A DNA stretch of 64,000 nt from Desulfatiglandales bacterium (GTDB lineage Bacteria; Desulfobacterota; DSM-4660; Desulfatiglandales; Desulfatiglandaceae), in the NCBI GenBank assembly GCA_963662465.1, contig OY759599.1, positions 1,056,001-1,120,000 on the forward strand. The letters run 5' to 3'. The notes under the pieces were generated by a model. The model was not told the DNA's origin. It saw only the letters and a program-made list of their open reading frames with translations, and did no database searches. A program made the position numbers and the translations under genes. Shown here one piece after another: positions 8,883-16,877 of this stretch. The first letter of the stretch is position 1, and each line of letters opens with the position of its first letter.

Positions 8883-10025
8883 CTACAGGATATCCCCTGC
8901 CCATAATGCTTCAAGAAACATCTGCCATGGCAGAACTTCCAACGTGGAATTCAGCCTTTTGGGTTCCTTTTCCAATGAAACAATAATCGTCCGTTTTACG
9001 GCATGTTCCTCCAACAGCGCCTTCAGGCCTCTTGTATGACCCTCATGTACTCTCCGGGTCCCTTTGACCTCTATCGCCACATTCATGTCGCCCAGAATGA
9101 AGTCTACCTCAAAACCGGTGCTGGTTCGCCAGTAGCGGATATCAAGCTCAGGATTTCGGTAGGCTTGGTAGGCCTTAAGCTCCATCAGAATATAGTGTTC
9201 AAAGGAATGGCCGAACTCGGAAGTGCCGGCTTTGGGCATGCGACGGGCCAGATAATTAGACACCCCAACATCAAAAAGATAGAATTTTTCAGTTTCAATC
9301 AGGCGCCTTCTATTTGCCTTTCGCCACGGTGATACCCTGAATCCTAACAGGGTATCTTCCAAAATCTGAAAATAGTTTTTCACAACCTTGGCGCTGACGC
9401 CTGTTTCCCTGCCAACATTGGTGTAGTTCAGCAATTCACCGGAAGTCAGTGCGGCAACCCGCAGAAATTCGGAAAATGCGGGGATGTTCTGAGTAACGGC
9501 CTCTGTTGCGATTTCTTCTTTCAGATAGTCCGCCACGTAGGATCTGAGGTCCCGAACAGGATCAGGAGACAGGAAATGGGGAGGCAGGAGGCCTGAAATA
9601 AAGACCTGTTCCAAATCAAAGCCTTCTGTTTCAATCCAGGCGAGAGGGGCCATCACATATCGCCAGGCTCGGCCGGCAAGGAGATTGGCGTGTCCCCGTC
9701 TCAGCTTACGGGCACTTGATCCTGTCATGATGAAAGAAATTCCGGTGTTCTCAATCAGCCAATGGATTTCGTTGAGCAGATCGGGAACCATTTGAATTTC
9801 GTCAATGACAATAAACCCTTCATGGCCCTGATAACGCTCACGCAGCAGTGACGGGTGTGACGCATAGTCGGCAAACAGGTCCGTCTTGAGCAGATCGATT
9901 AGAACTGCATCGGGAAAACGCTGATTGACCCAATAGGTTTTGCCTGTTCTGCGAGGACCCCAAAGGAAAGCGGAACGATTAGGCGGCAATTCAATATTCA
10001 GGAGTCTGTCTTTGATAATTTTCAT
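8883..10025 (-). CDS. AAA+ ATPase (AAA_14) with DUF4143 and C-terminal nuclease-like domain
   Basis: Walker A GPRRTGKT, Walker B VIDEIQ, MTGSSAR, KFYLFDVG, YWRT..EVDFIL..AIEVK. Confidence 0.88.
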   Translation of the reverse strand: MKIIKDRLLNIELPPNRSAFLWGPRRTGKTYWVNQRFPDAVLIDLLKTDLFADYASHPSLLRERYQGHEGFIVIDEIQMVPDLLNEIHWLIENTGISFIMTGSSARKLRRGHANLLAGRAWRYVMAPLAWIETEGFDLEQVFISGLLPPHFLSPDPVRDLRSYVADYLKEEIATEAVTQNIPAFSEFLRVAALTSGELLNYTNVGRETGVSAKVVKNYFQILEDTLLGFRVSPWRKANRRRLIETEKFYLFDVGVSNYLARRMPKAGTSEFGHSFEHYILMELKAYQAYRNPELDIRYWRTSTGFEVDFILGDMNVAIEVKGTRRVHEGHTRGLKALLEEHAVKRTIIVSLEKEPKRLNSTLEVLPWQMFLEALWAGDIL

Positions 10026-10443
10026 ATGTTGGCAATATTATCCGGATAATATTGCATGTCAAGTCAAAAATTCCCCGAGACCCATTCCCATCATTTCCAA
10101 TCGGCATAAAATGCATTGACAATAACCCATAACCTAATTAGAATGCTTGAGATTCTCGGCAAGAAGCCGGTACGCGTCATAAGCGCAGCGCAGTCCACAA
10201 TAGAATACGGATTATCACATTTCAGCCATGAAGGCGATCCCCCCTTACTTGTAAGAAGGTGTGCTTTTATGGCTTTTTTTTGCGTTTTAATCCCCGGAAA
10301 TCCGACCCATGACCGGAACTTTAAATGCTTTGAAAAAACAAGATAATCAGCATAACAACGGAAATTCATTGGTAAAACAACTTAAAACTTAAAACCTGAA
10401 ACTTACAACCGCGGCTTGCCGCTTTAGAACTAAGGAGACGCTG

Positions 10444-12048
10444 ATGGATCAATTATCAAAAAAGGTGTTTCGATTCATTCATTTTTGGGTTCTCATCCTG
10501 TGCGGATTGCTGCTTTTGCCGTCTGGTGTTTGGGCGCAAAATCAGGCAAAGAGCATCCGAATTGCGGACGGCAAAGGAGACTGGGGTTATCCCAATCCCT
10601 ATCAACATTATCCCAGGGGGGCCGGGTTTTTGAGAATGGCCTGGGTTTTCGACACCCTGGTCTGGAAAGACGACAAGGGTGATATTCCGGCCCTGGCCAA
10701 ATCATGGCGATACGATCCCGAGACCCTGAGCTTCATTTTTAAACTCCAGGAAGGGGTTTTGTGGCATGACGGAAAACCCTTTACCGCGGGGGATGTGGTG
10801 TTCACCATTGAATACTTCAAAAAACATCCCTACCAGTGGGCAAGCGTGGATCAAGTGGCCGGCGCCGAGGCCCTGGGACCCCATGAGGTATCCATCAAGC
10901 TCAAGGGACCCTATGCGCCTTTCATGACCTACATCGGGGGGACCATGCCCATCATTCCCCAACATATCTGGGAAAAAGTGGATGATCCGAAAAGGTATCA
11001 TGCGCCGGAGGCTTACATCGGATGCGGCCCCTTCAAATTCGTGGATTTTGACAATGCCAAGGGGACATACCTCTATGAGGCCAATGAGAATTATTACCTA
11101 GGAAAACCCGCCGTCGATCGGTTGATCTACATCAAAGCCAAAAACCCTTTGATGACCCTTTTGAGTGGAAAGGCGGATCTGGTGAACATCAAACCCGATA
11201 TGGCCAAGCCACTGGAAAAAAAGGGGATGGTGATTTTGGAAAATCCAAGGGGCTGGAACAAAAAGTTGATGATCAACCATCAAAAACCACCCCTGAACGA
11301 CAAACGCTTTCGAAAGGCCCTGGCCTATGCCATCGATCAGCAGGAGATTATTGACAAGGCCCACAGGGGTTTCGGGTCCCCCGCTTCCTTTGGACTACTT
11401 TCCCCCGATCACCCGTTTTTTAATCCCGAAACGCCTAAGTACCCACACAATCCGAAACGGGCCGAGGAAATCCTGGTTTCACTGGGATATCAAAAAAACA
11501 AAGGCGGATATTTTGAAAAAAACGGTGTTTCCTTGAAACTGGAAGTGCTGGCCTCGAACATCACCGTGGCGGGGCAATCCACATCGGATCGGGATGGCGA
11601 GGTGCTGAAAAAACAGCTTCAGGATGTCGGCATCCAGGTGGACCTGGTGAACCTTGAGCAGGCCACGGCGGATTCAAAGGTCAGAAACTGGGATTTTGAT
11701 CTGACCATCACGGGGCATGGGGGTCTGCTGGGAGACCCCATGATTCTGGACCTCATGATCAGCCCCAAACTTGCGGGTTCCGTCAATTCCGCCCGTTACG
11801 GGGGCAACCAGGCGCTTCTTGAACTGTTGACATCCCAAATGACGGAAATGGACTTGCAAAAGCGAAAAGAACTGGTATACAAAATACAGGAAATTTACGC
11901 CGATGAACTTCCGGCCATCTCGCTCTATTACCCGGCCTCCATGACAGCCTATAACCCTAAAGCAGGGATCGTGTGGTATTACACCAAGGGGGGGATTGCC
12001 CTGGGCATCCCCATCGCGCAAAACAAGATGAGTCTCATTCAACCGTAA
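10444..12048 (+). CDS. ABC transporter substrate-binding protein, peptide/nickel family (SBP_bac_5)
   Basis: Signal peptide; PALAKSW, WHDGKPFTAGDVVFT, GCGPFKF, FRKALAYAID; AAGGAG RBS. Confidence 0.9.
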   Translation: MDQLSKKVFRFIHFWVLILCGLLLLPSGVWAQNQAKSIRIADGKGDWGYPNPYQHYPRGAGFLRMAWVFDTLVWKDDKGDIPALAKSWRYDPETLSFIFKLQEGVLWHDGKPFTAGDVVFTIEYFKKHPYQWASVDQVAGAEALGPHEVSIKLKGPYAPFMTYIGGTMPIIPQHIWEKVDDPKRYHAPEAYIGCGPFKFVDFDNAKGTYLYEANENYYLGKPAVDRLIYIKAKNPLMTLLSGKADLVNIKPDMAKPLEKKGMVILENPRGWNKKLMINHQKPPLNDKRFRKALAYAIDQQEIIDKAHRGFGSPASFGLLSPDHPFFNPETPKYPHNPKRAEEILVSLGYQKNKGGYFEKNGVSLKLEVLASNITVAGQSTSDRDGEVLKKQLQDVGIQVDLVNLEQATADSKVRNWDFDLTITGHGGLLGDPMILDLMISPKLAGSVNSARYGGNQALLELLTSQMTEMDLQKRKELVYKIQEIYADELPAISLYYPASMTAYNPKAGIVWYYTKGGIALGIPIAQNKMSLIQP

Positions 12049-12320
12049 ACCGGCAACCGTAAACCGTGAACGGTTACAGCTGAAGTTCCAAAACGCAAAA
12101 TGGCTACAGTAGGTGTAGTCAAACACAACGTCAACTTAACCCCTTCATAATATTATAATTTTAATGGATATTTTTTCTGCCGGTTTTGATGTGTAGCAAT
12201 AATGTTTATGAGCATCCCCTTTCCCGGCGGGTTTAAGCCTTTCTTTCCTCTATATCTATAACTCAAAATAAATGTGTGATTTCGCATAGTTACTTAACCC
12301 TGTCTGATTCTCCTGATTTT

Positions 12321-12337
12321 CCGGCATTACCATTGCA
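12321..12337 (+). promoter_or_regulatory. Sigma-54 (-24/-12) promoter for the Hdr/Nuo operon
   Basis: CCGGCATTACCATTGCA has GG-N10-GC spacing, ~150 bp upstream of the first operon gene. Confidence 0.6.
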
Positions 12338-12485
12338 GTATCTCCGTATGTAATACATCGTCAGACGCACCACCTTCATTTCGAGAACGGACCACTCTCA
12401 TTGTTTCAGCTTCCGTCCGTTGCTACTGACGGTCTAAAAGTTTAGATGTCCGGCAAATAACAGCCCACCCAAAGGAGACCTTACC

Positions 12486-13808
12486 ATGAGACCAGATAAT
12501 TACTCCGACGGAAACAACATTGAAAAGGTGGCAGGGTTCCAGGTCCTTGAAAACCCATGCGTTTGGATGCGAGCGGGCGTGGTCAATTTCCGCATCTGCG
12601 AAAACCGTTACGACTGTGTCAACTGTGATTTTGATCGTAGCATGAGAAGGGCCATGACGGCGCAAGCGCCCCCGAAAGGGCGTGCGGCGCAGTTGGGCTG
12701 GGCCCGTGAGATGCGTCTAAAATATACGGGCGTCTTTAAGCCGTGTCGCTATTTTCTGACGGGAAAGCTGGGTCCGCCGGGACGATGCGAAAGGGATTAT
12801 GACTGTGATGGTTGCCCTATTGATATGATGTTGGGCTACCAACCCTTAACAACGGCCATTACCGAAGCGGAAAGCGCCCTGAAAGTCGAAGTAAGGCCCG
12901 AAATCCGGAATTCAGAACATTCCGGAAAGGAATGCATTTGGATGCGGGCAGGCGTGGTCAATTTTCACCTGTGCGAAAGCGATTACGATTGTTACCATTG
13001 CCTGTTCGATAGAAATATGCGCGAGGCCATGACCGCCCAATCGCCTTCTCAGGTCGAGGCAACATCATTATCTTGGGAAGATCGAATACAAAGCAGATTT
13101 GAAACCCTTGGCAACGAGTGCATTTACTTCATGGCCGGCCGAATTGATACACCAAAGGTTTGCCTTCAAAATTATGCATGTTTCTCTTGTCCGGTTCACC
13201 AAAAGCTGGCCGACCCAAACCGTGTCGCACCGATCCCCTTACACCCACCAAGCGTCCAAATGTCTTCCGGGTTCAGAGTCGCCGATGGTTATTATTATCA
13301 TTACGGCCACAGCTGGGTGCATGTCATTCACGGGGGATGCGTACGGATTGGGATCGATGATTTTATGGCAAAAGTATTCGGTCGGGCAAAACGAATTGAT
13401 TTGCCGCCAAATGACACGCCATTAAAACAGGGACACGTGGGATGGGTGTTGGCCCGAAACGGCCACAGGGCGCCCGTTCAATCACCCCTTTCAGGAAAGG
13501 TTCTGGCGGTTAATCGAAAAGTCCTCGATGATCCCGGTCAAATTCATGAAGATCCCTATGAAAACGGCTGGTTGTTCCACCTGGAACCTTCATTCCTGAG
13601 GCAGGAGTCTCAGATGCTCTATTCTGGAAAAACAAGCCGGCAATGGATTGAAAGAGAACATCAGGGGCTTCTCCAATTGATGGGACCCGAATATGAACGA
13701 TTGGCAGCCACGGGGGCGGAAACCATCGGAGACCTGTTTGGCGCCTGCCCCGAGTTGGGATGGACCCGGCTGGTGCAGCAATTTTTACGCACCGGCGAAA
13801 AAAAATAA
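12486..13808 (+). CDS. Two Cys-rich repeats fused to a GcvH-like domain lacking the lipoyl lysine
   Basis: 2x CxWMRAGVVNFxxCxxxYDCxxCxFD..CxYFxxG..CxxxYxCxxCP; GcvH-like HSWV..RIGIDDF..SPLSGKVLAVN..DPYENGW; AAGGAG RBS. Confidence 0.85.
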   Translation: MRPDNYSDGNNIEKVAGFQVLENPCVWMRAGVVNFRICENRYDCVNCDFDRSMRRAMTAQAPPKGRAAQLGWAREMRLKYTGVFKPCRYFLTGKLGPPGRCERDYDCDGCPIDMMLGYQPLTTAITEAESALKVEVRPEIRNSEHSGKECIWMRAGVVNFHLCESDYDCYHCLFDRNMREAMTAQSPSQVEATSLSWEDRIQSRFETLGNECIYFMAGRIDTPKVCLQNYACFSCPVHQKLADPNRVAPIPLHPPSVQMSSGFRVADGYYYHYGHSWVHVIHGGCVRIGIDDFMAKVFGRAKRIDLPPNDTPLKQGHVGWVLARNGHRAPVQSPLSGKVLAVNRKVLDDPGQIHEDPYENGWLFHLEPSFLRQESQMLYSGKTSRQWIEREHQGLLQLMGPEYERLAATGAETIGDLFGACPELGWTRLVQQFLRTGEKK

Positions 13809-13862
13809 CATCAACGGAAATTGCCAAAATTTTAAACCTGCAATGACATAGGGGAGAACGCC

Positions 13863-14258
13863 ATGAGAAGAGAAACCACCGGTTCCGTTCTGGTTGTGGG
13901 GGGAGGGATTGCCGGGATGCAGTCCGCTCTGGATCTTGCCAACTCAGGATATTACGTATACCTATTAGAAAAGAGCCCATCCATCGGGGGGGCCATGGCG
14001 CAGCTGGACAAGACCTTTCCCACCAACGACTGCGCCATGTGAATCATTTCTCCTAAACTGGTCGAGGTCGGCCGGCACTTGAACATTGAACTGATCACCT
14101 ATTCGGATCTGGAATCCGTGGAAGGATCCGCTGGGAATTTCAAAGTAAAAATCAAAAAACGCGCTCGAAGCATTGACATGAGCCGCTGCACCGGATGCGG
14201 CAGTTGCATTGAGCATTGTCCGGTAACCCATCAGGCAGTTAACTTCGGCCAGGCATAA
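13863..14258 (+). CDS. hdrA: Selenoprotein: N-terminal part of a split HdrA (FAD-binding start plus one 4Fe-4S motif), 131 aa; UGA at 14040-14042 read as Sec; absent from the ORF track
   Basis: [75 protein letters not shown]; near-identical to the start of the 21598 gene. Confidence 0.85.
14058..14075 (+). promoter_or_regulatory. Putative bacterial SECIS hairpin
   Basis: CTGGTCG-AGGT-CGGCCGG stem-loop 15 nt after UGA; identical in the second hdrA. Confidence 0.65.
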
Positions 14259-14333
14259 CCGCATTAAACGGCGAACGACGCACCAAAAATGGCTTAAACC
14301 GCGGCTTGCCGCTTTCATGGAGTTTTTTCTAAA

Positions 14334-14855
14334 ATGAATGAAACCCATCCCATTCTAAATGATGCTCCTTTGGCCATCGATTATCTGGCCTTGGACCGGC
14401 TGGTGGAGGAGAGGTTTAACAACGACAAAGAAAACCTGATTATGATCCTTCAGGCCATTCAGGCCCAATACAATTATCTTCCACAACCTACACTGGCTTA
14501 TCTTTCCGAAAAAATAGAAATTCCCCTGAGCCGTATTTACGGAGTGGCCACCTTTTACAGCACCTTCAGCCTTGAACCCCGAGGGAAAAACATCATCAGC
14601 ATCTGCCTGGGCACCGCCTGTCATGTGCGGGGCGCCGGGAGGGTGCTGGAACGGATTGAAGACATCTTGCACGTGGAAAACGGAGAAACCACCGAGGATG
14701 GGTTGTTTACCCTGGAATCAGTTCGGTGCATCGGTTGTTGCAGTCTGGGCCCGGTGGTCAAAATAAATGAAGATGTGCATGGCCGAATCGCTTCGGAGAA
14801 CCTGACGCAGATTCTGAATCATTACGGGGAATCCAAAATAAAACAGGGCGGATGA
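14334..14855 (+). CDS. nuoE: NuoE/HydC-like 2Fe-2S subunit
   Basis: GVATFYSTF, CLGTACHVRG, CIGCCSLGP. Confidence 0.9.
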   Translation: MNETHPILNDAPLAIDYLALDRLVEERFNNDKENLIMILQAIQAQYNYLPQPTLAYLSEKIEIPLSRIYGVATFYSTFSLEPRGKNIISICLGTACHVRGAGRVLERIEDILHVENGETTEDGLFTLESVRCIGCCSLGPVVKINEDVHGRIASENLTQILNHYGESKIKQGG

Positions 14856-14856
14856 C

Positions 14857-16758
14857 ATGAAGATTCAGCAAATAACGGATATAGATGAAATAGGCCGTCA
14901 TCAAAAGGAAATTCTTTATTTTCCCGAAGTCCTCACCGTCAATATGGGAATGGCGTCCTGCGGCATTGCGGCCGGCGCCGATAAAACCTTTGGGCGGGCC
15001 GCAGCCGAATTCGGTGAAAGCAAGGATATTCAGCTTCGAAAAACCGGTTGTCTGGGGTTTTGCGAAATGGAGCCCCTGGTGGAAATCTTTAAAAAAGGCG
15101 CTCCCAGGATTGTTTATAAAAACGTCACACAAGATAAAATCGCGGATATCATCAGCGGGTATTCGGAGGGCCGGTTTGACAAAAAACAGATACTGGGACA
15201 GATGCGCGATCCCCGGTCCCTGCTGGAAACGGAAGACCCGAATCCCCTTGAAGGCGTTGAACCCGTTCCGGATATCCCCATTCTGGAAGACATTCCGTTT
15301 TATAAACAGCAGATCAAGATCGCTTTACGCAACTGCGGTTACATTGACCCCGAGCGTATTGAAGAGTACATGGCCAAAGGCGGCTACAAGGCGTTTCTTT
15401 TGGCCCTCAAAGCCGATGCGCCTAAAAGCATTATCGCCGCCATCAAGGACTCGGGGCTGCGGGGGCGGGGGGGCGGCGGTTTTCCAACGGGGGCCAAATG
15501 GGAGAGTTGCGCGGCCCATGAGGGAGAACGCTTTATCATCTGCAACGCCGACGAGGGAGACCCCGGAGCCTACATGGATCGCAGCATCCTGGAAGGGGAT
15601 CCCCATTCCATTATTGAAGGCATGCTCATCGCGGGTCTGGCCATCGGCGCCAACAGCGGATTTCTCTATGTGCGAAACGAATATCCCCTGGCCGTGAAAC
15701 GGCTGGTCACGGCAATACGCCAGGCCACGGGTTACGGTCTTTTGGGGCACAACATCGCGGGTTCCAATTTTTCCTTTGAGATAAAAATATCCACCGGCGC
15801 GGGGGCCTTTGTTTGTGGTGAATCAACGGCGCTGATGGCTTCCCTTGAAGGGGAAGTGGGTCGTCCCAGGGCCAAATACATCCATACGGCGGAAAAAGGA
15901 TTTCGGGATAGCCCCTCCAACCTGAACAACGTGGAAACCTATGCCAATGTGCCGGCCATCCTATTAAAAGGCGCCGAATGGTTCTCCCAATTGGGAACCG
16001 ACAATAGCAAAGGAACAAAAGTATTCAGCCTGGTGGGCAAAATCAAAAATACGGGTCTCGTGGAAGTGCCCATGGGGACCAGCCTGCGCAGCATTATCTA
16101 TGACATGGGGGGCGGAATTCCCAAAAAGAAAGTCTTCAAGGCCGTGCAGACCGGCGGCCCTTCGGGGGGCTGTATTCCGGACCAATTTTTGGATCTGGGG
16201 GTTGACTTTGATGCCTTGAAAAAGGTGGGGTCCATCATGGGGTCCGGCGGCATGATCGTCATGGACCAGGATACCTGCATGGTGGACGTGGCCCGGTATT
16301 TCCTGGATTTTCTCAAGGAGGAATCCTGTGGCCAGTGCAACCCCTGCCGGGAAGGGATTAAACGGATGCTGGAAGTGCTGACTCGCATCTGCGATGGAGA
16401 AGGCCGGGAAGGAGACATTGAACTGCTGCAAGAGTTGGGCGGCATGGTCCGGAAGTTTTCTCTCTGCGGCCTGGGCACTTCGGCCCCCAATCCGGTGTTG
16501 ACCACCATCCGTTATTTCAGGGACGAGTATGAGGCCCATATTCGGGACAAAAAATGTCCGGCCGGGGTTTGCAAAACCCTGTTTCATTACGAAATTGACG
16601 AAAACGCCTGCACCGGTTGCCGGCTGTGCGCCCTCAAATGCCCCCAGGAAGCCATTACCGGAGAAAAGAAAAAACCCCATCAGCTGGCGCAGGAAAAATG
16701 CATCAAGTGCGGCATCTGTTATGAGGTGTGCAAATTTGGCGCGATTGTAATTGCTTAG
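14857..16758 (+). CDS. nuoF: NuoF/HydB-like NAD(H)/FMN-binding subunit with N-terminal thioredoxin-like 2Fe-2S and C-terminal 2x4Fe-4S domains
   Basis: SGLRGRGGGGFPTG, CNADEGDPGAYMDR, GAGAFVCGE, ESCGQCNPCREG, CTGCRLC, CIKCGIC. Confidence 0.92.
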   Translation: MKIQQITDIDEIGRHQKEILYFPEVLTVNMGMASCGIAAGADKTFGRAAAEFGESKDIQLRKTGCLGFCEMEPLVEIFKKGAPRIVYKNVTQDKIADIISGYSEGRFDKKQILGQMRDPRSLLETEDPNPLEGVEPVPDIPILEDIPFYKQQIKIALRNCGYIDPERIEEYMAKGGYKAFLLALKADAPKSIIAAIKDSGLRGRGGGGFPTGAKWESCAAHEGERFIICNADEGDPGAYMDRSILEGDPHSIIEGMLIAGLAIGANSGFLYVRNEYPLAVKRLVTAIRQATGYGLLGHNIAGSNFSFEIKISTGAGAFVCGESTALMASLEGEVGRPRAKYIHTAEKGFRDSPSNLNNVETYANVPAILLKGAEWFSQLGTDNSKGTKVFSLVGKIKNTGLVEVPMGTSLRSIIYDMGGGIPKKKVFKAVQTGGPSGGCIPDQFLDLGVDFDALKKVGSIMGSGGMIVMDQDTCMVDVARYFLDFLKEESCGQCNPCREGIKRMLEVLTRICDGEGREGDIELLQELGGMVRKFSLCGLGTSAPNPVLTTIRYFRDEYEAHIRDKKCPAGVCKTLFHYEIDENACTGCRLCALKCPQEAITGEKKKPHQLAQEKCIKCGICYEVCKFGAIVIA

Positions 16759-16877
16759 GAGCTGTTAGCCGTTAGCTATTAGCAGCCCACTAGTCCAGAG
16801 TGAACGCCATAGGGCCTAAGGGCTAATGCTGACAGCTAAACCTAATTTCTAACAGCTAACAGCTAAGAGGACGAGCC

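Noticed and set aside
12486..13808. A functional glycine cleavage system
   Set aside because: Lipoyl Lys absent and no gcvT, gcvP, lpd or lipoate ligase genes in the window
13965..14348. Minus-strand 127-aa ORF in the track (and the similar 21550..21825)
   Set aside because: Antisense shadows of the Sec-containing hdrA N-termini on the plus strand
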